A stretch of DNA of 52,350 nt from positions 1 through 52,350 of the forward strand of contig NIVC01004267.1 in the NCBI GenBank assembly GCA_002269645.1, read 5' to 3'. The notes under the pieces are model-generated. The model ran no database searches and was not told the DNA's origin. It saw nothing but the letters and a program-made list of their open reading frames with translations. This document shows positions 1 through 12,500 of the stretch, one piece after another. Source of the stretch: Macrostomum lignano (lineage: Eukaryota). How positions within the stretch are numbered: position 1 is the stretch's first letter; the number at the start of each line of letters is the position of its first letter. The position numbers and the translations under genes are program-made.

Positions 1-1433
1 TTGAAAAAGTTATAATTTAATTGAACTATACAGTTTTAAATTGACTTTTGTAGTCCTTACTTGTAGTGAATGTTATCTAGAAAGCTTACTGTGGGTTGGC
101 TTTATTCATTCGGTTCGCAAAACCGAAACCCCAGAAGTATCGTGCGTCATAAATTTAAAACGCAGTGTCTTTCATAAGTTCTAGACTTCATTCTGATTAT
201 AGTTCGATCTAGGATGCATCTGATGTTATATTTCAGTTTTTAAATATTTGGTCTTGTCATTTTTGTGTCCTGTAATGCATCGGTGGTGCAATGTCTTAAC
301 ATGAGACCCCTGCCAGACAAAAATTACTTATGTAAACTTTTGGATGCAAGTTACTGTAACAAATTGCTATCGCTAGAAATTTTGTCGAAATGAGTCTGCT
401 CCTAGCTTTGCTCTACCGGTATAATATAAATCACCTAATACAAAACGATTCTGGAAGACAGCCAATGGTACAGCCGCAGCACTCGGCTCGGCGAGGCATG
501 ACCCCTGCATCACTCATTTACCGTGGCTGCCTTGGGAATCGACGCAAGCAGCCTATTTAGCTGCGCGCTAACCGTGGCCAATTCTAATTAACTTGCATCA
601 CCTTGAAATACTTGTCCGACTGAACAGATGCATACCACTTGGTAGTCTATATAACTATTATACTTGTTTCTCCATACCTACTGTAAAGCATAGTAACTTC
701 TCGCTCCCCTCAGAATGCGCAGCAGCTGCTTCACATCTCAGCCCATAGACAAAACCGTAGAAGGGCAACTCGTCTGCCGGTCCTTGTACTCTGGCCTTCT
801 ATCGAATCGAACAACTTTCTAGGCTACACGGCTCGTTAAGAGCGCCCTTAATTCTAGCTCTAATAAGCTAAAACTAACGCTAAAAAGCATCGAAGATCTC
901 GCGCAGGGTGCACAACGTGACGACGAGAATTATTCTCATAGTCGGAGAGTGACAGTGAGAGACGTAACTTAATTAGGCCATTTGCGTTTTCGCCAAATAC
1001 TATAGGAGCAGTCATAATCTAAAAACCCAAAGAGAGGCCGACGGAAAAAAGTAATTCAGCATCAAGACGGCATGTCCAGCTTCAGCCTCGCCGAGGCTTT
1101 GAAAAAGTCTCGGCCGCACCGCGCCGGCCAGTTCGTCTCGCCGCCACGCGTTCTGACGTTGCACAACTCGCGCAGCGAGCCTTCGCACATGACAATTCGA
1201 AGGCGCAACGACGACATAATTCGCCTGCCGGCGCAGCCCTGGCATTCACCCACAGCCCGGGGATCTGCGGCAGCAGCTCGCCGCCGCCGACGCCGCCGCA
1301 GCCATTGCCGGTGTCTTTTAGCGTTGATTTTCCGCAACGAGGCAATGTTAATCTGCACCAATATCTGCCGCGCAATTTTGGTCAACAGAAATTCGTTCTT
1401 AATAATAACAGCTTTGCTGGAGGCAGCGGCGCG

Positions 1434-3790
1434 ATGCTCAACCACACGGACACCAGCGGCGAGGACGCCAAATCAAGCGGCACGCTGGCTGGCCTCTCCG
1501 ACACGATTTCTATCGACGCCAGCATTTCCGATCATTTCCTGTGCGAGCGAAGCGACAGAGTCTGGCACAGCGGCGGCAACTGCAGTAATTCGACGCACCG
1601 CAATCGACGTCGTTCCAGACGACGCGGTGGCTCGAAGCGTCGTCGGAAACCGACGGACTATGACGAACAAGTCGACCAAGATGACAGCGACGATTCGCCG
1701 CGCGTGCCGGAAGTTCTGAACGCTTCGAACGATCGGAAGCATCAAAATTATCTGCGCATTAAAGCTCCAGCAAGGAAACACTATCAGCATCAGTCGCAGC
1801 AGAATCAGGTGATTCAGTGCCAGCAACAGAGCAGCAGCGGGCAATATCAGTACATCAGCAGCAGCGGTGGCAGTGAAGAATTTTGCGACATGCCCCAGCA
1901 ATACATTCGCAGTACCAATGTAGCGGGACTGTGTGAGTTAGCTGCGGCGAAACTTCTCTTATTTATGAATCTAAACAGAAGCGTGAAGAGTGGTGTTAGA
2001 AAGTGTCACATGAGATCTAGGGCACGTTTAGGCTGCGATTGAAACACGCAGTTAATCCAAAACACCCTCAAGGACGCTTTACTAAAAATGGACCTATAAC
2101 GAATCTAAGATACATTTATGACAAATCCAGCGAAACCCTTCAACCCATCGCAGTTGCAAACGCCAGCTGCCTCGCCGACCAGCGCAGTCCAAGCCAACGC
2201 AGCGACCACAGCGAGCCGCAATTCGGCCGAGAGGACCTTAAAGTGCGCGGTCACTGGCAGGAGTCCTTAAGCAACGATGATCAAAGCACAACTGAGGCGT
2301 CCTGCACCGACGAAGAGAATAAAACTCAAATTGCTGGAGTTGACAGCGACTTGACGGCTCTGACGCTTAGCAGAATGGAGCTGAGCAGTTCTCAGGCTGC
2401 CGCTACGGAGCAGAAACTCCTGCAGCAGCTGCAACAGAAGCAGCACAGGTCGCGACGGTACGGCGGAGGAGGCGGAGGAAGTACCACGTCGCCAGGTTCC
2501 AACGAAGTGAGTGAGGATGTCAGCAGTCGCAGCCATAACAAGCAGCTGCAGCAACAGCAGCAGCAACTGCCTCGGCACCAAATCCAGCAACTGCATCAGC
2601 AGCAGTCGCAGCTGCAACAGCAGCATCAGCAGTATCATTTTGACAAGCAGCAGCAGGTGTTGATTCAACAACCGCAGCAATTTCAACAGCAACAGATGCA
2701 GCAGATGCCACAGCAACAGCAGATTCAGCCAAGGCATCAACATGTAGTTATGCCGCCAGTGCTGGAGCCGCATCAGCTGATAGCTGCCCAGCAGATGATG
2801 GTTGGAATGAACTATGATCAGCCGGCCCAGCAAAATCAGCAGCAGACGCAGCAGCCGACGGTGCAACAGCCGACGCCGCAGTTTGCTCAGCCACAGTATC
2901 TGGCGCAGCCATATCAACTGATTTGCCAGCCTTCGCCGTCGATGTATCCCGATCAATCAAACGGCCTGACCATCACCAACCCGATACCGTGGCAGCAGCA
3001 GCCTTCAAATATTCAGCAACAGCACCAGCAACAGCAACAGCATTTTGTTCCACAAGCACTGTTGGCTCAATTGCCAGAGCAGCAGAAGCAAAGTCTGCCA
3101 AGTCCGAAGCATCATCAACATCATCGTCAGCGAGCTCAACATGACAGACATCCGCATTTGAGCAGCTCCGGACGTCATCCGCTCGGTCAGAACAGCTCCA
3201 GTTCGAGCTTCTCTTTGAGCCAATCGCAGCGCAGTACTCGCGAGTCTAACTCCGCACGGGATGAAGAAATCATACCGGCGTCGGATGATCTGGTTCACCT
3301 GTCCGTCATCAGCTGCACGGAGGCTGGCGATCGCAGCGGCGGCAGCGGTCGCGTTGGGGGCGGCGGCGGCGTCGGCGGTGGCAACTCGGAGGGCGAAGCG
3401 ACAACGGCTCCGGCAGTGGAGACAGAAGCCGAGGGAGAAGTTGGCACGACTCTGTGCGCGGAGACGGATGATCATCGGGTGCCGTGCTCCGTGGTTTCGA
3501 CCGAGCAACGACAGGAGCCACAGCAACCACTTCAGCAGCACTTAGACAAGCCGCAGAATCACAACCAGCAACCGGTCCATGAGGAAAGTCATCACATCCA
3601 CCGCAGCCGTGAGCAGCAAGCCAAGCAGGAGCAGATTTTGTCACCATCGGAGTCGCAGCAATCGTCTCGCTACGGCCGATTGAAGACGCCAGAAATTTGC
3701 AAGCGAGACTTTCTATCCATGCTTCGGCAGAACATCTCGCACGGTAGGCTGCACCGACGTGCCAAAATGAAGCTGAACAGGCGGTCCTAG
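1434..3790 (+). CDS. Two-exon glutamine-rich, low-complexity (probably disordered) protein; join(1434..1932,2154..3790); true start may lie further upstream
   Basis: ORFs 1305-2042 and 2039-3790 join in phase 1 through donor T|GTGAGT (1933) and acceptor CCCATCGCAG| (2153), giving ...VAGL-F-ANASCL.... The exon 1 frame is open from 1023, but its first ATG is at 1434. Long polyQ runs, basic stretch RNRRRSRRRGGSKRRRK, stop TAG at 3788-3790. No recognisable folded domain. Confidence 0.7.
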
Positions 3791-4643
3791 CTGACCAAGT
3801 TCCAAGATCCCAACACAAATATTTGCCAGCAAAATCAATTCCTCGATTGTCAATTGTCGCGCCTCCATTGGGACTGCAGCCTTGTTATAAAAACTCAAAC
3901 TTGTGCGCCAGCGTGAACTCTCCCTCCCACACACACCCAACCCTTCAAAGTCTTCTCAGCAGAGTCGAATTTGTAATGCTGTCCGTATCCGTACCGCGCT
4001 CTCAACCAATTGAGTGTTTATTTGCGTAATTGTAATCAATTCAGCACAAGCTCGTGCGCAAAACGCGAAGTTAACAACGCCAATACGCTGCATGCACATT
4101 CGGTTGTGTTTAAAAAGTGCTTTTAACACACACGCACAATTTTTCGTAACTTATAAATGTGGTAAATCCATTCTTTTTGTTTCCTACTCCATCCCCGATT
4201 GGCAGCTTAAACTGCAGTAACTGTCGAGTTTACAATGCCGCCTTTTTTAAACTGTTTCGCTTCTGGCCCTCCCGTACTCATGGTCTCTTCGCAGACTGTT
4301 TGGTAACCTGCTCTCCGAATTATTTCGCACGTCGTCTCAAAACTGTGACTGCACATTTACCTCGAAACCTACTAAACCGACTGCAATGTTTTTTCATTCA
4401 TTTTTTTAATATATAAGACAAATTTCAGGTGTCCAGCAAATACCAGAATATTTTTTCTTGTAACCTCAAGACACAAAGCGTATGGTTATGTAAAATGCTT
4501 GGTATATTCTGTTGCTTTTGTGTTTCCGTGCTGACGAAGGCAAGGGCAGGGGGATGTTAGACAAATGAACAAGGATGTTAGAATAACAACACGGATGTTA
4601 GACTATAACAACGAGGGTGTTAGAAAAATTAAAGAAAGAAAAT

Positions 4644-5000
4644 CAGACCAGAACAATGATGTTGGAAAAATTAAAAAGGATGTCAGACGAGAACAAGGAT
4701 GTTGGACAAATTAAAAGGGATGTCCAACCAGAACAAGGATGTTGGACAAATTAAAAGGGGTGTCCGACCAGAACAAGGATGTTGGACAAATGAAAGATGA
4801 TGCCAGACCAGAACAAGGATGTTGGACAAATGAAAGATGATGCCAGACCAGAACAAGGATGTTGGACAAATGAAAGATGATGCCAGACCAGAACAAGGAT
4901 GTTGGACAAATGAAAGATGATGCCAGACCAGAACAAGGATGTTAGACAAATGAAAGACGATGTCAGGCCAGAACAAGGATTTATGACAAATGAACAAGGT
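4644..5000. repeat. 40-bp minisatellite (CAGACCAGAACAAGGATGTTGGACAAATGAAAGATGATGC)n, about 9 units
   Basis: Period of 40 read directly (e.g. 4801 vs 4841); degenerate shorter precursors from about 4545. Confidence 0.95.
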
Positions 5001-5082
5001 TGTTAAAAGACGAGACTACATGTATGTTAGACCAATAAGCAGGGAAAGCTTAGCCGCGAGAAATGTTACACAAAGAACTCAC

Positions 5083-5401
5083 CTAACAGTTCGTTAATAA
5101 AGGTGCTCTTTCCCGAGTTGCTCTGACCAACAACTACTATGCAAGGCCGTTCGAGACTGTTCGCAGCAGACGAACTATTGAAGCCACCACCGCTTTTGAA
5201 CAGCTGGTTAACCCGTTCTCGGACACCCTGCAAAGCCAAATTCTCTCGAATCTCGGCAACTAATTCCGGTGACAAAACTTTTACAAAGTCTTTGTCTAGC
5301 AGAGACTCAGATTGGTCTAATAGTTTGTTTAATCTGTCACGATCGGCGTAGAATCGAGAGATCTCGAAGCTCAATGGTGACTCGTTCGAATCTTTAGACA
5401 T
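5083..5401 (-). CDS. First coding exon of a dynamin-like P-loop protein, DSTYK/RIPK5-like N-terminus
   Basis: ATG at 5401, helical N-terminus, then RPCIVVVGQSNSGKSTFINELLG (Walker A GxxxxGKS), followed immediately by donor G|GTGAGT at 5082. From recall, the PCIxxxGQ..xNxLLG motif resembles the DSTYK N-terminal region. Downstream exons were not found in the window. Confidence 0.7.
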
Positions 5402-6043
5402 GCTCGTTTTTTTTCCTTCTAAAAACTTTTTTCACTTTTTTGTCTCAGCTTTTACAGGTAGATATTTAATATAGACCGAGCACGCTTGAGCACATGGTCT
5501 TTATCGAGTTAGTTATCTTATCAAATTGTCATTTTCGTCGTTTAACTTTTATAGACATTGCGCTCTAGAAAAACTTAGCAAAAAAGAAGTTCAGTGATAC
5601 GAGAAGTTGCTAAGACTAGCAACGACGCCCTCCACAGTAAAACTCCTGTTGATGTCATCGAAAGAACGGAAACTTAAAACTGCTTTTCCTAAAAATTTAA
5701 AACCAAGCTAAAAAAAGCTGTAATTGATTATTGTAAAAACTTGATTGCCACAATTAAAAAGCCTTATACTTAGCCATATGCTTTGCTAAAAAGGGTAATA
5801 TTATTTTACTTAGGTAGATAAATAAAGCATACATATAGTAGCAACACTAAATCTACAAGATACTGTAGTACAAAAAGAAAACAAATACTAAAACTACAAA
5901 ACAGCAGCATTTTATTAGCAATTGTCTGAGCTGTTACAAAACAACTAGTAATTTAGAAAACATTTAAGCAGACATGATTTTGAGCACACAGTGTTGTAAA
6001 GTACAGAATCTTGAAAGGTTATAAAGAGATTTTATCAATTGGC

Positions 6044-7462
6044 GATTGTATAGATCTGAGCAGCTTCCTATCCAGATTGTGTATAGATCTGAGCAGCTTC
6101 CTATCCAGATTGTGTATAGATCTGAGCAGCTTCCTATCCAGATTGTGTATAGATCTGAGCAGCTTCCTATCCAGATTGTGTATAGATCTGAGCAGCTTCC
6201 TATCCAGATTGTGTATAGATCTGAGCAGCTTCCTATCCAGATTGTGTATAGATCTGAGCAGCTTCCTATCCAGATTGTGTATAGATCTGAGCAGTTTCCT
6301 ATCCAGATTGTGTATAGATCTGAGCAGTTTCCTATCCAGATTGTGTATAGATCTGAGCAGCTTCCTATCCAGATTGTGTATAGATCTGAGCAGTTTCCTA
6401 TCCAGATTGTGTATAGATCTGAGCAGTTTCCTATCCAGATTGTGTATAGATCTGAGCAGCTTCCTATCCAGATTGTGTATAGATCTGAGCAGTTTACTAT
6501 CCAGATTGTGTATCGATCTGAGCAGCTTCCTATCCAGATTGTGTATAGATCTGAGCAGCTTCCTATCCAGATTGTGTATAGATCTGAGCAGTTTCCTATC
6601 CAGATTGTGTATAGATCTGAGCAGCTTCCTATCCAGATTGTGTATAGATCTGAGCAGTTTACTATCCAGATTGTGTATAGATCTGATCCAGATTGTGTAT
6701 AGATCTGAGCAGTTTACTATCCAGATTGTGTATAGATCTGATCCAGATTGTGTATAGATCTGAGCAGTTTACTATCCAGATTGTGTATAGATCTGAGCAG
6801 TCTCCTATCCAGATTGTGTATAGATCTGAGCAGTTTCCTATCCAGATTGTGTATAGATCTGAGCAGTTTCCTATCCAGATTGTGTATAGATCTGAGCAGC
6901 TTCCTATCCAGATTGTGTATAGATCTGAGCAGTTTCCTATCCAGATTGTGTATAGATCTGAGCAGCTTCCTATCCAGATTGTGTATAGATCTGAGCAGCT
7001 TCCTATCCAGATTGTGTATAGATCTGAGCAGTTTCCTATCCAGATTGTGTATAGATTTGATCCAGATTGTGTATAGATCTGAGCAGTCTCCTATCCAGAT
7101 TGTGTATAGATCTGAGCAGTTTCCTATCCAGATTGTGTATAGATCTGAGCAGCTTCCTATCCAGATTGTGTATAGATCTGAGCAGCTTCCTATCCAGATT
7201 GTGTATAGATTTGAGCAGTTTCCTATCCAGATTGTGTATAGATCTGAGCAGTTTCCTATCCAGATTGTGTATAGATCTGATCCAGATTGTGTATAGATCT
7301 GAGCAGTTTCCTATCCAGATTGTGTATAGATCTGAGCAGTTTCCTATCCAGATTGTGTATAGATTTGAGCAGTCTCCTATCCAGATTGTGTATAGATCTG
7401 AGCAGTTTACTATCCAGATTGTGTATAGATCTGAGCAGCTTCCTATCCAGATTGTGTATAGA
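6044..7462. repeat. 33-bp minisatellite (ATAGATCTGAGCAGCTTCCTATCCAGATTGTGT)n with interspersed 22-bp deletion units
   Basis: Translates as an 11-aa repeat (IVYRSEQLPIQ). Short units ATAGATCTGATCCAGATTGTGT at about 6680, 6735, 7050 and 7272. Confidence 0.97.
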
Positions 7463-7924
7463 ATATACACAACTGGTAGCATTAAATCATAAAAAGTTTG
7501 AAAAGGCACACAAAAGCTAACGGTAAGCATAAGATAGCAGTGACTAGATTGCCTTGAAAAGAAAAAAATTAGACATGAAAATTTAAAATATTAAAAATGG
7601 TTATTAGCAGGTGTGAATAAAAATTTTAGCAACAAAATTCTTCGCATAATACTGTTTTGAGCAGTGAAATTGAAGCATTCTCGCAAAAAACGACAATAAA
7701 TAGCTGAGCATGCAAAATAAATAATCAGACGATTTAATTTTTCAAAAATGTTTTAAAAAGCTTTAAACAAAAAACATATATAAAAGTTTGACAAATTTTC
7801 TTTGTTTAGCATGCTTTGAGTGTAAATTATATTTAACAATCACATTTGAATCAACTATTGACTAGAAACAATAAATAGACAATTGTAAATATAGAATTTG
7901 AAAGGCCCGCTATTGAAATTACTG

Positions 7925-9413
7925 AAGAGTGACTTTCTGAAGTATTTCAGTAACGTTGTGTAGGATTTGAGAGTGAATTTCTGTAGGGTTTGAAAGTGAC
8001 TTTCTAAAGAACTCCGGAGTGAATTTCTGTAGGGTTTGAGAGTGACTTTCTCTATGGTTTGAGAGTTACTTGCTATAGGGTTTTAGTGACTTTCTGAAGG
8101 ACTCAAGAGCTGAGTGAATTTCTGTAGGGTTAGAGTGACTTTCTGTAGGGTTTGAGAGTGACTTTCTGTAGGGTTTGAGAGTGACTTTCTGTAGGGTTTG
8201 AGAGTGACTTTCTGTATGGTTTGAGAGTGACTTTCTAGGGTTGAGAGTGACTTTCTGTAGGGTTTGAAAGTGACTTTCTAGGGTTTGAGAGTGACTTTCT
8301 GTAGGGTTTAAGAGTGACTTTCTGTAGGGTTTGAAAGTGACTTTCTAGGGTTTAAAAGTGACTTTCTGTAGGGTTTGAAAGTGACTTTCTAGGGTTTAAG
8401 AGTGAATTTCTGTAGGGTTTGAGTGAATTTCTGTAGGGTTTGAGAGTGACTTTCTGTAGGGTTAGAGAGTAACTTTCTGAAGGGTTTGAGAGTGAATTTC
8501 TGTAGGGTTTGAGAGTGACTTTCTGTAGGGTTTGAGAGTGACTTTCTGTAGGGTTTGAAAGTAACTTTCTATAGGGTTTGAGTGACTTTCTGAAAGACTC
8601 AAGAGTGAATTTCTGTAGGGTTTGAGAGTGACTTTTTAGGGTTTGAGAGTGACTTTCTATAGGGTTTGAGTGACTTTCTGAAAGACTCGAGAGTGACTTT
8701 CTGTAGGGTTTGAAAGTGACTTTCTGAAGGGTTTGAGAGCGACTTTCTGAAGGGTTTGAGAGTGACTTTCTGTATGGCTTGAGAGTGACTTTCTGTATGG
8801 CTTGAGAGTGACTTTCTGTAGGGTTTGAGAGGACTTTCTGTAGGGTTTGAGAGTGACTTTCTGTAGGGTTTGAGAGTGACTTTCTGTAGGGTTTGAGAGC
8901 GACTTTCTGTAGGGTTTGAGAGCGACTTTCTGTAGGGTTTGAGAGTGACTTTCTGTATGGCTTGAGAGTGACTTTCTGTATGGCTTGAGAGTGACTTTCT
9001 GTAGGGTTTGAGAGTGACTTTCTGTAGGGTTTGAGAGTGACTTTCTGTAGGGTTTGAGAGTGACTTTCTGTAGGGTTTGAGAGCGACTTTCTGTAGGGTT
9101 TGAGAGCGACTTTCTGTAGGGTTTGAGAGTGACTTTCTGTAGGGTTTGAGAGTGACTTTCTGTAGGGTTTGAGAGTGACTTTCTGTAGGGTTTGAGAGTG
9201 ACTTTCTGTAGGGTTTGAGAGCGACTTTCTGTAGGGTTTGAGAGTGACTTTCTGTATGGCTTGAGAGTGACTTTCTGTATGGCTTGAGAGTGACTTTCTG
9301 TAGGGTTTGAGAGTGACTTTCTGTAGGGTTTGAGAGTGACTTTCTGTAGGGTTTGAGAGTGACTTTCTGTAGGGTTTGAGAGCGACTTTCTGTAGGGTTT
9401 GAGAGCGACTTTC
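7925..9413. repeat. 23-bp minisatellite (GAGTGACTTTCTGTAGGGTTTGA)n
   Basis: Period of 23 (23-aa translated repeat); more degenerate at the left end, homogeneous on the right. Confidence 0.97.
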
Positions 9414-9569
9414 ATTAGAATTTGAAGGGATTAGAGAACTGTTTGTTATAAAAAAGCAAGTCATTTTCGACCCAATTCAATTAATAAGGAAGTTATTGTT
9501 TGTTCCATTGATCGATTAGAGAAAATAAACAGAACACAAAACTCCTAGTGCACAAAAAGAACCCAGACA

Positions 9570-12500
9570 TCAGAGCAGTCGCAAATTTGTTACTAGCATC
9601 GAATTAAAATCGGTTAGACGTTGATAATCTCCCGGCTCGCTAGCTTGTCCGAAATATTCGCTAAATGATTTTGCATCTCCGGCAGCTGCAGGTTCACATT
9701 CCGGTCTAGGCTCGCTCAGCCGATGATGAGAAGGTCGCTGCTGCTGTTTCTGCTGTTGCACACTCGGGGGCGGCTGCAGCAGCAGCGGACAAGGAAGCAG
9801 TTCAGGTATAACTGACAGGTGACAGATTAGTGAGTGCAGATTCGGCCACTCTTTGGATAGGCCTTTGAGCTTGACGCCTCTGGCTGTGCACTGGATCAGG
9901 TAGTGAGACAGTGCCTGCTGCTTCTGATGAGGCACGCATACCTGGTGGTTGAAATGTTGCAGGGTGTTCCAGGTGAATTTCTTTCAAAGCAGTGGTTTGT
10001 TTGCATTTGCATTTCTTTGGGTACAATATTAGTCACAGGGCGATTTTCTATTGAGTGACAAGGGCGATTTTCTGGGAGTGACAGGGGCGATTTTCTAGAA
10101 GTGACAGACGCGATTTTCTGGGAGTGACAGACGCGATTTTCTGGGAGTGACAGACGCGATTTTCTGAGAGTGACTGGGCGATTTTCTAGGAGTGACTGGG
10201 CGATTTTCTAGGAGTGACAGGGGCGATTTTCTGGGGGTGACAGGGGCGATCTTCTAAGAGTGAAAGGGCGATTTTCTGTTGAGTGACAGGGGTGATTTTC
10301 TCGGAGTGACAAGGGCGATTTTCCGAGAGTGACAGGCGATTTTTTTGGGAGTGACAGGGGCGATTTCCTGTGAGTGACTGGGGCGATTTTCTGGGATTGA
10401 CAGGGGCGATTTTCTAGAAGTGACTGGCGCGATTTTCTGGGATTGACAGGGGCGATTTTCTGGGAGTGACTGGGGCGATTTTCTGGGAGTGGCAGGGGCG
10501 ATTTTCTGCGAGTGATGGGGGTGATTTTCTAGGAGTGACTAGGGCGATTTTCTGGGAGTGACAGGGGCGATTTTTTGGGAGTGACAGACGTGATTTTCTA
10601 GGACTGACTGGGCGATTTGCCGGGAGTGACAGGGGCGATTTTCTGAGAGTGAAATGCAAAATTCACTAGGTGTGATAGAGGGGGGCGATTTTCAGTGCGC
10701 GATGAGGAATAAATCTCGTAGGGAGTAAAGTCAATCTAATAGAGTTGATCAAAGAGTGAATATCAAAGGTAAATTAAAACTAGCAAAGCAAAAATAACTT
10801 GTAATACGTACCGAAAGTGCGTAACAGTTTGGGTGACTGGCACTGTTGCGCACTAAGAAGCTTCCCACTGGTCTGCCAGCCAACAGCTTATAAGCCGCCT
10901 CCCTTGGCAACTCGGGTTGATACCACCACCAGCTCTGGCCGCTGCCGCTGTCTGACTCCATCTCATCGCTTAGGCTCTGAGGCTCGGCTTGTCGCTGATC
11001 TACCGTTTCAGCCTTCGGGATGGCATCTGGAGGCAGTGGCGGCGGCGGTGGCACCTCGAACTCGCAGGGTCGGCACTGAAGACTGTCGTAGCTGCATTGG
11101 TGAGACAACAGGGGGTGGGAGTTATGGTTCAGGTGCAGTTGACAGGCTGGGCCAGCAACTGAGGATCTGGGAGTCTGGCCCAGCAACTGAGGATCTGGGA
11201 GTCTGGCTCAGCAGCTGAGGATCTGGGAGGCTGGCACAGCAACTGAGGATCTGGGAGGCTGGCCCAGCAGCTGAGGATCTGGGAGGCTGGCCCAGCAGCT
11301 GAGGATCTGGGAGGCTGGCACAGCAACTGAAGATCTGGGAGGCTGGCCCAGCAACTGAGGATCTGGGAGGCTGGCCCAGCAACTGAGGATCTGGGAGGCT
11401 GGCCCAGCAACTGACGATCTGGGATACTGTTTGCTCAGCAACGGAGGATCTGGGAGGCTGGTGGCCCAGCAACTGAGGATCTGGGAGGCTGGCCCAGCAA
11501 CTGACGATCTGGGATACTGTTTGCTCAGCAACGGAGGATCTGGGAGGCTGGTGGCCCAGCAACTGAGGATCAGGGAGGCTGGTGGCCCAGCAACTGAGGA
11601 TCTGGGAGGCTGGCCCAGCAACTGAGGATCTGGGATACTGTTTGCTCAGCAACGGAGGATCTGGGAGGCTGGTGGCCCAGCAACTGAGGATCAGGGAGGC
11701 TGGTGGCCCAGCAACTGAGGATCTGGGAGGCTGGCCCAGCAACTGAGGATCCGGGAGTCTGGCCTAGAAACTGAGGATCCGGGAGGCTGGCCCAGTAACT
11801 GAGGATCTGGGAGGGTGGCCCAGTAACTGAGGATATGGGAGTCTGGCTCAGCAACTGAGGATCTGGGAGGCTGGTGGCCCAGCAACTGATGATCTGGGAG
11901 GCTGGTGGCCCAGCAACTGATGATCTGGGAGTCTGGCTCAGCCTATAAAGCAAAGAAAAATCAACAGACAGCAGTTGCTACCGAGTTGGCAGTGGCGGAG
12001 GCTGCTGCTGCTGAGCGCTGTGCACCGATCTGCCAGCTACAGGACTGGCAACATAGCTGTTGCTGTTGACCTGCCCGCCGCCGATAGACCTTGGCGCGGG
12101 AATCGGCTTGGGCTTGACAACGTACTGCGAAAGCTGCTCAATGCTCTGCTGCTGTTGCTGCTTTTGCCAATGCTTCTGCTTTTGGCGATGCGGCTTTCTT
12201 GCAGCTGAAAAATGAATGATGAAGTCCAGCAGAAGTCCGACAACCTGACAACCATAATTTCTTATTCTTCAGACACCAATCAGAAAATCAATGGCCGCTG
12301 TACACTCCTGTGTGTGTGTGCCTGTGGGTATGACTGCGTACGCATCCGCGTGATTGTGTGCCTGCTCAGGGAAGTCGGCGGAATAGGCAGCAATGCCTCT
12401 CGCCGCTTGTGACAATATCGCTTAAAGTGCGCCAGGGTGCACACAGGTCCTTTACATCTAATAAACATGTACTTTTATTTATTTAGACACTTGCACTTTT

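Noticed and set aside
1062-3818. Antisense and alternate-frame ORFs over the polyQ gene; similar shadow ORFs over the Gypsy and channel genes
   Set aside because: Expected shadows of GC-rich or CAG-rich coding sequence, with no independent motifs.
6011-9464. Long ORFs with 11-aa and 23-aa repeats
   Set aside because: They are translations of stop-poor minisatellites, open in several frames, with no gene context.
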